Of a DNA stretch of 64,000 nt, positions 27,629-37,997 are shown piece after piece (position 1 is the stretch's first letter; each line of letters starts with the position of its first letter). A model generated the notes under the pieces. It was not told the origin of the DNA. It saw only the letters and a list, made by a program, of their open reading frames with translations, and did no database searches. Origin of the DNA: Candidatus Omnitrophota bacterium (GTDB lineage: Bacteria > Omnitrophota > Gorgyraeia > B26-G9); contig JAHITY010000070.1 in NCBI GenBank assembly GCA_018817165.1, forward strand, positions 363-64,362. Reading direction: 5' to 3'. The position numbers and the translations under genes are program-made.

Positions 27629-29259
27629 TCAGACCAGAAAAAATATTACCAAATCCTTCAAAAGTTAAAGAAGCTATTTTGGCAAAGTATCCGGCTAAAA
27701 TTGCCCGGAAGCGTGAGAAAAGTATGGTGGTCAATGATCCTAAGTTAGACCAGGAAATTCAGTCTAATGTGAGAACTATTCCCGGGATTATTACGCAGAG
27801 GGGCTGTACATATGCCGGTTGTAAAGGGGTTGTTCTTGGGCCAACCCGAGATATTATTAATCTTGTGCATGGTCCGATTGGCTGCAGCTTTTATGCCTGG
27901 TTAACTCGTCGGAATCAGACTGATCCCGGACCTGATGGCGACAACTTTATGAATTATTGTTTTTCTACTGATATGCAGGATGACAATATTGTTTTTGGCG
28001 GGGAGAAGAAGTTAAAGCAAGCGATACAGGAAGCGTATGATATTTTTCATCCTAAGGCAATTGGGGTGTTTTCTACATGTCCGGTTGGGCTTATTGGCGA
28101 CGATGTTCATGCCGTTTCCCGGGAAATGAAAGAGAAGTTAGGCGATTGCAATGTTTTTGGTTTTAGTTGTGAAGGGTATAAAGGAGTAAGTCAATCCGCG
28201 GGACATCATATTGCCAATAATCAGCTGTTTAAACATGTTGTTGGTTTGAATGATGAAAAGCCTACGGGTAAATACAATATTAATTTATTGGGCGAATATA
28301 ATATCGGTGGTGATGGTTTTGAAATTGATCGCTTGTTTAAGGCTTGTGGGATAAATGTTGTGTGCACTTTTAGCGGTAATTCGACAATCGGCGCGTTTGA
28401 GAAATCGCATACGGCGGATCTGAATTTAGTTATGTGCCATAGGTCGATTAATTATATGGCAGAAATGATGAAGACAAAGTTCGGCATTCCTTGGATAAAA
28501 ATTAATTTTATCGGTGCTATGGCAACGGCAAAAGCACTGCGTAAAGTTGGTGAGTATTTCGGAGATAAAAAACTAAAAGATCGGATTGAACAAGTAATCT
28601 CCCTGGAAATGCCCGAGGTATTGAAGGCCCAGGAAGATGTGAAATCTAGAACAGCCGGCAAGCTGGCAATGCTGTTTGTCGGAGGATCTCGCGCGCATCA
28701 TTATCAAGAATTGTTTAAAGAAATTGGGATGGATGTAGTTTCCGCGGGGTATGAATTTGCCCATCGTGATGATTATGAAGGCAGAAAAGTTATACCGACG
28801 ATTAAGGTAGACGCGGATTCGCGGAATATTGAAGAGTTAACAATCGAAAAAGACCCAGAGCGTTATAACCTTCGGGCTTCAGTTGAGAAAATGGAAAAGC
28901 TTAAAAAGAAAGGGCTGGAAGTTAGTGATTATGTCGGGATGATGTCAGATATGCAAGATCAGTCTTTGATTGTGGATGATATTACTCATTGGGAAAGTGA
29001 TAAATTAATCGAATACTACAAGCCTGATATTTTTTGCGCGGGAATTAAAGAGAAATATGTTGTGCAAAAAACTGGTATTCCTTTAAAACAGTTGCATAGT
29101 TATGATAGCGGCGGTCCATATGCTGGGTTTAAAGGCGCGATTAATTTTTATAAAGAAATTGATCAGATGACTAATACGAAAATCTGGAAGAAATTAAAAG
29201 CTCCATGGTTAAGTTCGAACAAAGAATCTTCAATAAACGCTGAATATGTTTCAGCTTAA
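27625..29259 (+). CDS. nifD: Nitrogenase MoFe protein alpha chain NifD
   Basis: QRGCTYAGCKGVVLGP...HGPIGCSFY P-cluster/FeMoco ligand contexts. 544 aa with an insert typical of anaerobe-type NifD. Confidence 0.9.
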   Translation: MIRPEKILPNPSKVKEAILAKYPAKIARKREKSMVVNDPKLDQEIQSNVRTIPGIITQRGCTYAGCKGVVLGPTRDIINLVHGPIGCSFYAWLTRRNQTDPGPDGDNFMNYCFSTDMQDDNIVFGGEKKLKQAIQEAYDIFHPKAIGVFSTCPVGLIGDDVHAVSREMKEKLGDCNVFGFSCEGYKGVSQSAGHHIANNQLFKHVVGLNDEKPTGKYNINLLGEYNIGGDGFEIDRLFKACGINVVCTFSGNSTIGAFEKSHTADLNLVMCHRSINYMAEMMKTKFGIPWIKINFIGAMATAKALRKVGEYFGDKKLKDRIEQVISLEMPEVLKAQEDVKSRTAGKLAMLFVGGSRAHHYQELFKEIGMDVVSAGYEFAHRDDYEGRKVIPTIKVDADSRNIEELTIEKDPERYNLRASVEKMEKLKKKGLEVSDYVGMMSDMQDQSLIVDDITHWESDKLIEYYKPDIFCAGIKEKYVVQKTGIPLKQLHSYDSGGPYAGFKGAINFYKEIDQMTNTKIWKKLKAPWLSSNKESSINAEYVSA

Positions 29260-29277
29260 TTGAATTAAGGAGGCAAT

Positions 29278-30660
29278 ATGCTTTTACGACATACACCAAA
29301 AGAAATTATTAAAAGAAGCGCGTTAACGATTAGTCCGGCAAAGACTTGTCAGCCGATTGGCGCGATGTACGCGGCGCTAGGCGTTCATTCGTGTTTGCCG
29401 CATTCGCACGGCTCTCAAGGCTGTTGTTCTTATCATCGCAGCGCGCTCACACGTCATTATAAGGATCCGATTATGGCCGGAACCAGTTCTTTTACCGAAG
29501 GGTCCTGTGTTTTTGGCGGGCAAGCGAATTTGCTGCAGGGGATATCTAATATTTTTACGATTTATGAGCCGGATATTATTGCGGTTCATACAACTTGTTT
29601 GTCTGAGACTATTGGCGATGATGTTAATCAAATTGTCCAGAAAGCAAAAGATGACGGTAAAGTTCCTGAAGGGAAAAAAATCATACATTGCAATACTCCG
29701 AGTTATGTGGGGTCGCATGTAACCGGGTTTTCCAATATGGTTGCGGGGATTGTTAAAGGATTAGCTGCTTCAACAGGAATAAAAACTAATACGATAAATA
29801 TTATTCCGGGTTGGGTGGAACCTTCGGATATGCGGGAAATTAAACGGATCGCAAAGGATATGGGCATATCGATTGTTTTGTTTCCCGATACTTCTGATGT
29901 GGTAGATACTCCTCAGACAGGGAAATTTAAAATGTACCCGGACGGCGGTGTGACTCAAAAGGAGATGGCGATTACCGGTGACAGCAAAGCGACTTTGGCT
30001 TTAGGTTCTTTTGCCTCTGAGGCTGGGGCAAAGCAATTGGATATTTCTTTTAAGGTCCCTTTTAAAGTGCTGGATATTCCTATTGGTCTTTCGGCAACAG
30101 ATCGTTTCATCGAGAGTTTAAGCTCAGTGGCTGGAGTGAAGGTGCCGGATTCTTTTGTTGCTGAACGCGGGCGCTTAGTTGATGTTATTACGGATATGTC
30201 GCAGTATTTTTATGGGAAAAAAGTTGCTCTATTTGGTGATCCTGATCAGTTGATCCCGTTGACCGAGTTTTTAATTGACCTGAATATGAAGCCAGTGCAT
30301 ATGGTTAGCGGTACGCCTGGTAAGAAGTTTATGGAAAGAATTGAAGAAGTATCCGGTGATCTTTTTAAAACAATGAATGTCCAAAACGGAGCACAAGCGG
30401 ATATGTTTCTTTTACATCAGTGGATTAAGAACGAGAAGCCGGATCTGTTGATTGGAAATACATATGGAAAGTATATTGCCCGGGACGAAGGGATTCCATT
30501 TGTCAGAATGGGTTTCCCGATTCTTGATCGGATCGGCCATAGTTATTTTCCCACAGTTGGCTATAGCGGAGGTATTAGAATTCTGGAGAAAATGTTAGAT
30601 GCCATACTTGATCATAAAGATGCGACATGTAGTGAAATAGAGATGGAGCTTGTGCTCTAA
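29278..30660 (+). CDS. nifK: Nitrogenase MoFe protein beta chain NifK
   Basis: CQPIGAMYAALGVHSCLPHSHGSQGCCSY. Confidence 0.9.
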   Translation: MLLRHTPKEIIKRSALTISPAKTCQPIGAMYAALGVHSCLPHSHGSQGCCSYHRSALTRHYKDPIMAGTSSFTEGSCVFGGQANLLQGISNIFTIYEPDIIAVHTTCLSETIGDDVNQIVQKAKDDGKVPEGKKIIHCNTPSYVGSHVTGFSNMVAGIVKGLAASTGIKTNTINIIPGWVEPSDMREIKRIAKDMGISIVLFPDTSDVVDTPQTGKFKMYPDGGVTQKEMAITGDSKATLALGSFASEAGAKQLDISFKVPFKVLDIPIGLSATDRFIESLSSVAGVKVPDSFVAERGRLVDVITDMSQYFYGKKVALFGDPDQLIPLTEFLIDLNMKPVHMVSGTPGKKFMERIEEVSGDLFKTMNVQNGAQADMFLLHQWIKNEKPDLLIGNTYGKYIARDEGIPFVRMGFPILDRIGHSYFPTVGYSGGIRILEKMLDAILDHKDATCSEIEMELVL

Positions 30661-30670
30661 TGAGGCTGTG

Positions 30671-32023
30671 ATGGATATATTACAATCAAGAAAAAAACAA
30701 GTAGTTCGAAGCAATGGGCAAGGAATGTCGATCGTATGTGAGAAACGGTCGGCATCTGGGTCTGTTAGTCAAAGAGCTTGTGTTTTTTGCGGATCAAGGG
30801 TTGTTTTATATCCGATTGCCGATGCATTGCATATTGTGCATGGGCCTATTGGCTGCGCCGCATACACGTGGGACATCAGAGGCTCTGTTTCCTCAGGCCC
30901 GGAATTACATCGTCTGAGTTTTTCTACAGATCTTCGCGAAACAGATATTATTTTTGGCGGGGAAAAGAAATTGGAAGCCATGCTTGATGAATTAATCGAT
31001 CAGTATAGTCCAAAAGCCGCTTTTGTTTACGCGACTTGTGTTGTGGGAGTTATTGGTGATGATGTAGCGGCAATTTGTAAGAAAATGACAAATAAGAAAA
31101 AAATCCCGGTTATTCCGGTGCATTCTGAAGGTTTTAAAGGAACCAAAAAAGATGGTTATCAGGCTGCTTGTGATGCCATCGCCTGTTTAGTGGGAACAGG
31201 ATCGATTTCGGGGATAAGCCCGGTTTCAATAAATATTATGGGTGAATTTAATCTTGCTGGTGAGACTTGGATTATAAAAGAATATTTCAAGAAAATGGGC
31301 ATTGAGGTTATCACGACGATGACTGGTGATGGCCGGGTAGAAGAGTTAAAAAGAGCACATGGGGCAAAACTTAATGTTGTGCAATGTTCCGGTTCGATGA
31401 TGGCAATAGCCAAGACAATGAAAGAGAAATATGGGATTCCGTTTATCCGGGTTTCTTATTTTGGGATTGAAGATATGGCTGACGCGCTTTATCAAATCGC
31501 GGATTATTTTAAAGAGCAAGATCGTGGAATTATAGAAAGAACCGAGAAATTAGTGCGCAAAGAAATTTTAGATTTGAACGATCAATTAGAAGGATATCGC
31601 CAAGATCTGGCAGGTAAAAAAGCCGCGATATATGTTGGCGGGGCATTTAAGGCTTTATCATTGATCAAAGCTTTACGCCATTTGGGAATGAAAACAGTGG
31701 TAGTTGGTTCTCAGACCGGTAATGCTGATGATTATAAAAGATTGCAGGCTTTGGCTGAGCCGGGAACGATAATTGTCGATGATTCTAATCCGGTTGAGTT
31801 GGCGTCTTTTGTCTTGGAAAAAGATGTTGATCTTTTTATCGGAGGGGTAAAAGAACGGCCGATTGCCTATAAATTAGGCATTGGTTTTTGTGATCATAAT
31901 CATGAAAGAAAAATACCATTAGCGGGTTTCGCGGGAATGATAAATTTTGCTAAAGAAGTCCATAAATCAGTAATCAGCCCGGTTTGGAATTTGGTGCCAA
32001 GGAGATATCATCGTGCAGACTAA
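30671..32023 (+). CDS. nifE: FeMo-cofactor biosynthesis scaffold NifE
   Basis: ACVFCGSRVVLYPIADALHIVHGPIGCAAY. NifD paralogue. ATG just after the nifK stop. Confidence 0.85.
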   Translation: MDILQSRKKQVVRSNGQGMSIVCEKRSASGSVSQRACVFCGSRVVLYPIADALHIVHGPIGCAAYTWDIRGSVSSGPELHRLSFSTDLRETDIIFGGEKKLEAMLDELIDQYSPKAAFVYATCVVGVIGDDVAAICKKMTNKKKIPVIPVHSEGFKGTKKDGYQAACDAIACLVGTGSISGISPVSINIMGEFNLAGETWIIKEYFKKMGIEVITTMTGDGRVEELKRAHGAKLNVVQCSGSMMAIAKTMKEKYGIPFIRVSYFGIEDMADALYQIADYFKEQDRGIIERTEKLVRKEILDLNDQLEGYRQDLAGKKAAIYVGGAFKALSLIKALRHLGMKTVVVGSQTGNADDYKRLQALAEPGTIIVDDSNPVELASFVLEKDVDLFIGGVKERPIAYKLGIGFCDHNHERKIPLAGFAGMINFAKEVHKSVISPVWNLVPRRYHRAD

Positions 32024-33341
32024 TCCTTGTAAATTATGCGCTCCTTTAGGAGCATCATTGGTCTTAAGAGGGATTGATGGCTCTATGCCCTTTTTGCATG
32101 GCTCTCAGGGATGCGCGACGTATATTCGTCGGTATATGATCAGTCACTTTCGCGAGCCATTAGATATCGCCTCTTCTAGTTTTCATGAGGAGACAGCAAT
32201 ATTTGGCGGACGGCAGGAATTATTAGAAGGTATTCATAATGTATACAAGCAATATTCTCCAAAATTAATCGGGATTGTATCGACTTGTTTGGCAGAAACA
32301 ATTGGAGAGGATACTCAAGCGTTGATCAGTCAGATGAAAGCAAATAATGAGTTGCCGGAAGATGTGGAAGTTATATTTATATCAGCCCCCAGTTATGCTG
32401 GAAGTCACTCGGATGGTTTTAGGCAAGCGACAAAGGCTTTGGTTGAGCAGCTTTGTATTAAAGGTGAAACAAAACAGCAGATAAATATTTTGCCGGCATT
32501 TTTATCAACAGAGGATTTGCGTTATTTAAGGGAAGTTGCAGATAGTTTTAATATGCCTGCGGTTATTCTGCCGGATTATTCTTCAACTCTGGATGGTGAA
32601 ATTTGGGATAGTTATCAGATACTGCCTAAAGGCGGTGAAAAATTAGAGAGCATCGCAAGCATGGGTTCTTCTTTGGCAACAATTGAATTAGGTTCTGCTT
32701 TAGATAATTCGCTTTCCGCCGGATCAGCGCTGGAAGAAAGATATTTTGTGCCAAATTATCGGATGGCTTTACCCATAGGGGTTAAGGCAACGGATAGGTT
32801 TTTAGATTCAATCGCAAAAATAACTAAAAATCCTATATCAACTAAATATTCCAGACAAAGAGGTCGGTTAATTGACTCTTATGCTGACGCGCATAAATAT
32901 ATTTCAGGAAAAAAAGCCGCTATTTTTGGGGATGAAGATATGGTTGTCGGTTTAGCCGGTTTTTTGTCAGAAATCGGGATTACTCCGGTTTTGTGTGCCA
33001 GCGGCAGCATGCGATCAAACTTTGGCGAAGCGGTAAGTGAAGTTGTTAAAGACGCTAAAGGTCCAATAGTGATTAAAGGTAATGTTGATTTTATCGATAT
33101 TGAAGAAGATATTAGGATGTTAAAACCAGATATTTTAATTGGGAATAGTAAGGGATATGCTATGTCGCGGCGATTAAATATTCCACTTTTGAGAGTGGGC
33201 TTTCCGATTCATGATCGGATTGGCGCTCAACGTATTTTGCACATAGGTTATCAAGGAACGCAGCAATTATTTGATCAAATTGTAAACATTATTCTTGAAC
33301 GCAGTCAAAAAGATTCTAGTGTGGGCTATACATATATTTAA
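32013..33341 (+). CDS. nifN: FeMo-cofactor biosynthesis scaffold NifN
   Basis: CAPLGASLVLRGIDGSMPFLHGSQGCATY. NifK paralogue. Confidence 0.85.
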   Translation: MQTNPCKLCAPLGASLVLRGIDGSMPFLHGSQGCATYIRRYMISHFREPLDIASSSFHEETAIFGGRQELLEGIHNVYKQYSPKLIGIVSTCLAETIGEDTQALISQMKANNELPEDVEVIFISAPSYAGSHSDGFRQATKALVEQLCIKGETKQQINILPAFLSTEDLRYLREVADSFNMPAVILPDYSSTLDGEIWDSYQILPKGGEKLESIASMGSSLATIELGSALDNSLSAGSALEERYFVPNYRMALPIGVKATDRFLDSIAKITKNPISTKYSRQRGRLIDSYADAHKYISGKKAAIFGDEDMVVGLAGFLSEIGITPVLCASGSMRSNFGEAVSEVVKDAKGPIVIKGNVDFIDIEEDIRMLKPDILIGNSKGYAMSRRLNIPLLRVGFPIHDRIGAQRILHIGYQGTQQLFDQIVNIILERSQKDSSVGYTYI

Positions 33342-33392
33342 ATTTTATGATGACGCGGATGAATTTGTTTATAAATAAGAAGGAGAATAGAG

Positions 33393-34676
33393 ATGATAAA
33401 TATTGAAAAACATCCTTGTTTTAATGATAAGGCTCGTCATACATTTAGTCGAGTACATCTCCCGGTTTCGCCTAAATGCAATATACAGTGTAAATTTTGC
33501 GATCGATCATATGATTGTATGAATGAGAGCCGCCCGGGAGTAACCAGCGCGATATTATCACCGCAACAGGCGATGACATATATGGATAAAATTACGGAAA
33601 AGATCCCGAATTTGTCTGTAGTCGGAATCGCTGGACCAGGGGATCCTTTTGCCAATCCGGAAGAGACAATGGAAACGTTTCGCTTGGTAAGGGCAAAATA
33701 TCCGGAGGTTTTATTGTGTGTTGCTTCTAATGGATTAATGGCCGCGCCTTATGCTAAAGAATTAGCAAGTTTAAAGTTGAGCCATATTTCAATAACGATA
33801 AATGCGATAGATCCAAAAATAGGCGCAAAGATATATTCATGGGTTCGTGATGGTAAAAAAATTTATCGCGGTGAAGAAGGAGCATTGCGCCTCTGGGAGC
33901 GTCAGCAAGAAGCGTTAGCGGCTTTTAAGCAAGCCGGGGTTGTTTTGAAAGTGAATATGATTTTAATTCCCGGGATAAATGATCATCATGTTTCTGCTGT
34001 AGCAATAAAGATGAAAGAACTGGGAGTAGATATTATTAATCCTTTACCTTTTTATCCAGTCGCTAATTCAGAATTCGCAAGCTTAGAAGAGCCTGGCACA
34101 GAAATGGTTCTTAAGGCGCGTAAAGAGGTTGAGGAGCATGTTCCGGTTATGACGCATTGCATGCGTTGTCGAGCTGACGCGGCGGGGATCTTGGGCAAAG
34201 ATTCTGAAGATGGCAGGAATTTATTGGTCAGATGTTCACAAATGTCGCTGGACCCAAGAGATGATCGTCCTTATGTCGCGGTTGCGAGTCGGGAAGGTAT
34301 TTTAGTTAATCAGCATTTAGGTGAGGCTAGTAAATTTTATATTTTTAAAAAAGAAGAAGAAAAATATTTTCTGGAAACAGTCCGAGACGCGCCTTTATCG
34401 GGAGGAGGAAATGAAAGGTGGGAAGCTGTATCTAAGACATTGAAAGATTGTAAGGTGATTTTAGTTTCCCGCGTTGGCGATCAACCAAAAAAATATTTAC
34501 AAAAAAATGGGATAAAGGTTCTAGAAATGAACGGGATGATTAGCTATGGATTGCCCGCGGTTTTTGAAGGTAAAGCATTGCCCAAAGAATTGCAAATCGA
34601 AGCGCAGCCTTGTTCAGGATCTTTAGCAGCAGATAGTGGTCATAACTGTTCGGGTAATGGCATGGGGTGTATGTAG
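33393..34676 (+). CDS. nifB: FeMo-cofactor biosynthesis radical-SAM protein NifB with C-terminal NifX-like domain
   Basis: CNIQCKFCDRSYDC radical-SAM motif. C-terminal YVAVASREGILVNQHLGEASKFYIF NifX-like domain. Confidence 0.9.
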   Translation: MINIEKHPCFNDKARHTFSRVHLPVSPKCNIQCKFCDRSYDCMNESRPGVTSAILSPQQAMTYMDKITEKIPNLSVVGIAGPGDPFANPEETMETFRLVRAKYPEVLLCVASNGLMAAPYAKELASLKLSHISITINAIDPKIGAKIYSWVRDGKKIYRGEEGALRLWERQQEALAAFKQAGVVLKVNMILIPGINDHHVSAVAIKMKELGVDIINPLPFYPVANSEFASLEEPGTEMVLKARKEVEEHVPVMTHCMRCRADAAGILGKDSEDGRNLLVRCSQMSLDPRDDRPYVAVASREGILVNQHLGEASKFYIFKKEEEKYFLETVRDAPLSGGGNERWEAVSKTLKDCKVILVSRVGDQPKKYLQKNGIKVLEMNGMISYGLPAVFEGKALPKELQIEAQPCSGSLAADSGHNCSGNGMGCM

Positions 34677-34700
34677 TTTAACCCAAGAAAGGATAGAACA

Positions 34701-35006
34701 ATGGAAAAATTAGGAAAACATATTTTTGTTTGCGCGAGTTTTAGAGCTAATGGAGAGCCGCAAGGAGTTTGCCATAAAAAAGGATCAGTAACTTTAATGC
34801 CGTATTTGATTGAAGGATTATCGGATCGGGGAATGGACGATGTTATGGTTACAGCTTCCGGTTGCTTAAAGGTTTGCGATCGGGGGCCAGCTATGGTTAT
34901 TTATCCTGAAGGTGATTGGTATGGGAATTTAGATGAGCAGGCTTTAGATGAGATTCTTGATGCAATTGAAGGTGGGAATAAGGCGGAAAAATACTTATTA
35001 ACTTAA
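34701..35006 (+). CDS. Thioredoxin-fold [2Fe-2S] ferredoxin-like protein
   Basis: HIFVCASFRANGEPQGVCHKKG...GCLKVCDRGP Cys pattern. Confidence 0.65.
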   Translation: MEKLGKHIFVCASFRANGEPQGVCHKKGSVTLMPYLIEGLSDRGMDDVMVTASGCLKVCDRGPAMVIYPEGDWYGNLDEQALDEILDAIEGGNKAEKYLLT

Positions 35007-35025
35007 GTTTAAAGAGGAATGGATA

Positions 35026-36159
35026 ATGCTAAAAACAGCAAAATATTGGTTGATAGATACTACATTACGCGATGGTGAACAGTCTGCGGGGATTGTGTTT
35101 TCTTTGGAGGAAAAAATCGCTATCGCGACCATGCTGTCAGAAATGCAGGTGCCGGAATTAGAAGTCGGGATTCCGATCATGGGTGAAGAAGAAATAAGAC
35201 ATATCCGGACGATTCAAAATCTTGGACTAAAGTCCCGGATCACAACTTGGTGTCGGGCAAAATTCGAGGACATTAATCGAGCTTGTGAGACTAATGTGGA
35301 GAGTGTTCATATTTCTTTTCCCGGTTCGGAGGTGTTGCAAAAAGTATTTAATATGCAGGATGGGCAAGTTGTCCAAGCAATAATCGACCATGTTAAATAT
35401 GCTACCAAACTTTTTAATTATGTTTCGATAGGATTGCAGGATGTGGCCAGAGCAGATATGCAGTTTATTAATTTAGTTGTTGAGACTGCTTTTCGATACG
35501 GAGCGCATAGGATAAGATTAGCCGACTCGGTTGGATTGATGAATCCGGCACAGGTATTTGCCTTGTTTAGTTCTTTAACCGCGGCTTTTCCTTATAAGTG
35601 TTTTGAATTTCATGGACATAATGACCTGGGAATGGCCACTGCGAATAGTATTGCCGCTTTACAGGCAGGAGCGAAAGCCGTAAGCGTTACTGTGAATGGT
35701 TTAGGCGAAAGATGCGGTAACGCGGTTTTAGCCGAAGTGGTTATGGCGATCAAACATTCGCTAAAGGAAGAATGTGCTATCCAAGAGAAATATTTTATGA
35801 AAAGCTCCCGTTTAGTAGAAAGGGCTTCTGGTCAAAGCATTCCTTGGGACAAGCCAATTGTTGGAGCCAAAGCGTTTATGCACGAGTCTGGGATTCATAC
35901 TAAAGCAATGCTTAAAGATCATCGCAGTTATGAACCTTTTGAGCCAAAGGATGTTGGTAGGCGCAGAGAAGAATTTTTGATCGGAAAGCACTTGGGAGCA
36001 GCGGGTTTGAAAAATATATTGAGCAAACATAAGAATATAAAAGATTGCGTTGTAAGTAAACAATGTCTTGAAGAAATAAAAAATACTGTTACCAGTAAAA
36101 AAAGAAGTTTGACTAAACAGGAAGCAGTGGCGATTTATGAAAAATTGATTCATAACTAA
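35026..36159 (+). CDS. nifV: Homocitrate synthase NifV
   Basis: LIDTTLRDGEQSAGIVFS (HMGL-like/IPMS family signature). Position inside the nif operon. Confidence 0.85.
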   Translation: MLKTAKYWLIDTTLRDGEQSAGIVFSLEEKIAIATMLSEMQVPELEVGIPIMGEEEIRHIRTIQNLGLKSRITTWCRAKFEDINRACETNVESVHISFPGSEVLQKVFNMQDGQVVQAIIDHVKYATKLFNYVSIGLQDVARADMQFINLVVETAFRYGAHRIRLADSVGLMNPAQVFALFSSLTAAFPYKCFEFHGHNDLGMATANSIAALQAGAKAVSVTVNGLGERCGNAVLAEVVMAIKHSLKEECAIQEKYFMKSSRLVERASGQSIPWDKPIVGAKAFMHESGIHTKAMLKDHRSYEPFEPKDVGRRREEFLIGKHLGAAGLKNILSKHKNIKDCVVSKQCLEEIKNTVTSKKRSLTKQEAVAIYEKLIHN

Positions 36160-36170
36160 TCGGAAAGAAA

Positions 36171-36920
36171 ATGATGAAAAAGATAATTTTTATTACTTTT
36201 TGGTTGTTGTTTATACTTTGTTCATGTGTCTTTGCTGCGGAAATAAATATAGGCGTAGCCGCTAATTTTCAGCAGTGTATTAATCAAATAATCGCTGTTT
36301 ATAATATTGATAAACCGATAAAGATAAATTGTGTTTACGGCTCTAGCGGAAAACTTTTTGCCCAAATAAAAAATGGAGCACCGATAGATATATATTTTTC
36401 CGCCAATAGCGAATATCCCCGGAAACTGTTTGTTGAAAATGTGACAGTGAGTCAACCTGAAGTATACGCAAAAGGTCAGCTTGTTTTATGGTCGAAAGAT
36501 GAAAAAGATCTTTCTAATGGATTAAAATCTGTTTTGGCGGCTGATGTCGATAAAATTGCCATAGCTGACCCTAAAGTTGCTCCTTATGGAATTGAATCGA
36601 TTGCGGCTTTAAAATCAGCGAATATCTGGGAACAAATCGAAGATAAAATTGTTTATGGTTCGAGTATTTTCCAGGTGAATCATTTTATTGTCAGCAAAGC
36701 TGTGGATATGGGGATAACATCTTTATCATCTGTGATAATGCTTGAGGAGTATAGGAATCAATGGATCAAGATACAAGATGAATTATATCAGCCGATTGAA
36801 CAAGCAGCTGTGATAATAAATAAAGGACTGGTTAAACAAGAGGTGCAGGATTTTTATGATTTTATTTTTTCGGATGAAGCAAAAGTAATAATTGAAAAAT
36901 ATGGCTACAAGGTAGAGTAA
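36171..36920 (+). CDS. modA: Molybdate ABC transporter substrate-binding protein ModA
   Basis: Signal peptide. VYGSSGKLFAQIKNGAPIDIYFSAN typical of ModA. Confidence 0.85.
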   Translation: MMKKIIFITFWLLFILCSCVFAAEINIGVAANFQQCINQIIAVYNIDKPIKINCVYGSSGKLFAQIKNGAPIDIYFSANSEYPRKLFVENVTVSQPEVYAKGQLVLWSKDEKDLSNGLKSVLAADVDKIAIADPKVAPYGIESIAALKSANIWEQIEDKIVYGSSIFQVNHFIVSKAVDMGITSLSSVIMLEEYRNQWIKIQDELYQPIEQAAVIINKGLVKQEVQDFYDFIFSDEAKVIIEKYGYKVE

Positions 36921-36922
36921 AT

Positions 36923-37339
36923 ATGAATCGATTAAATGTAAAAGTACAATCAATGGATGCTTGCGATGGTTTGACTTTTTTTAGTTTTAGCAAAGGCACT
37001 GATTTTTTACATAGCATTGTAATCGATGGCAAAGAAAAAAATATGGGTTTGAAACATGGCGATTCGGTTATCTTATGCTTTAAAGAAAGTGAGGTTTTTT
37101 TAGCGAAGGATTTTATGGGCAATATTTCAGTTTGCAATCAGTTAAAAGCAACTGTTAAAAATATCGAACAAGGCCATTTATTTTCAAAGATCAGACTGGA
37201 TTATCAGGGAGAAGAAATAATCGCCTTGATTATCAGCGCAGCGCTTAAACCAATGAATTTAAAAATCAATGATTCGGTTTATTGCATGGTCAAAGCAAAT
37301 GAAATCGCGATTATTCGGGAGCAAGGAAAAGATGATTGA
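36923..37339 (+). CDS. mop: Tandem TOBE/Mop molbindin (molybdate-binding) protein
   Basis: Two ~65-aa TOBE-like halves. Located between modA and modB. Confidence 0.7.
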   Translation: MNRLNVKVQSMDACDGLTFFSFSKGTDFLHSIVIDGKEKNMGLKHGDSVILCFKESEVFLAKDFMGNISVCNQLKATVKNIEQGHLFSKIRLDYQGEEIIALIISAALKPMNLKINDSVYCMVKANEIAIIREQGKDD

Positions 37340-37997
37340 TTTGATGCCGATTTTTTTATCGTTAAAATTAGCAATGCTTACTACTTTGATTTTGTTCGGA
37401 GTGGGGCTGGTTATTGCTTATTGTTTAGTTTTTCTTAGCTTTAAAAATAAGGAAATAATTGAAACGATAATTAATATTCCGATTATTCTGCCGCCTTCAG
37501 TGCTGGGGTTTTACTTATTATTTATATTTAATCCAGATAGCTTGATTGGATCTTTCTTAACCAAAGTTTTTCATAGCCGGATTTTATTCAGCTTTACTGG
37601 TATTTTAATCGCTTCTTTAATATTCAGTTTGCCGATAATGGTAAATTTTCTAAAAGCAGGATTTAAAAGCTTTCCTCAGAACCTTTTGGATGCGGCAAAG
37701 ATCATGGGTAAAGGTCGAATTGAGATTTTGCTTAGAGTGATCTTGCCTTATTGTCGCGCATCAGTAATCAGCGGTATGATTATGACATTTGCTCATACGA
37801 TTGGAGCATTTGGCATATTAATGATGATCGGCGGAAATATTCCCGGCCAAACACAGCTTGCTTCAATCGCGATATTCAATGAAATAGAATGTTTGAATTA
37901 TTCCAAAGCTCATGTGTATTCAATTATTCTGACTGCGGTAACTTTTTTATTATTATTTGTAATGTTGAAAATTAATCGCAAGAAAGAAGCGTGTTGA
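37332..37997 (+). CDS. modB: Molybdate ABC transporter permease ModB
   Basis: Membrane protein with the binding-protein-dependent permease EAA-like loop (AAKIMGKGRIEILLRVILP). Start chosen at the ATG overlapping the mop stop. Confidence 0.8.
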   Translation: MIDLMPIFLSLKLAMLTTLILFGVGLVIAYCLVFLSFKNKEIIETIINIPIILPPSVLGFYLLFIFNPDSLIGSFLTKVFHSRILFSFTGILIASLIFSLPIMVNFLKAGFKSFPQNLLDAAKIMGKGRIEILLRVILPYCRASVISGMIMTFAHTIGAFGILMMIGGNIPGQTQLASIAIFNEIECLNYSKAHVYSIILTAVTFLLLFVMLKINRKKEAC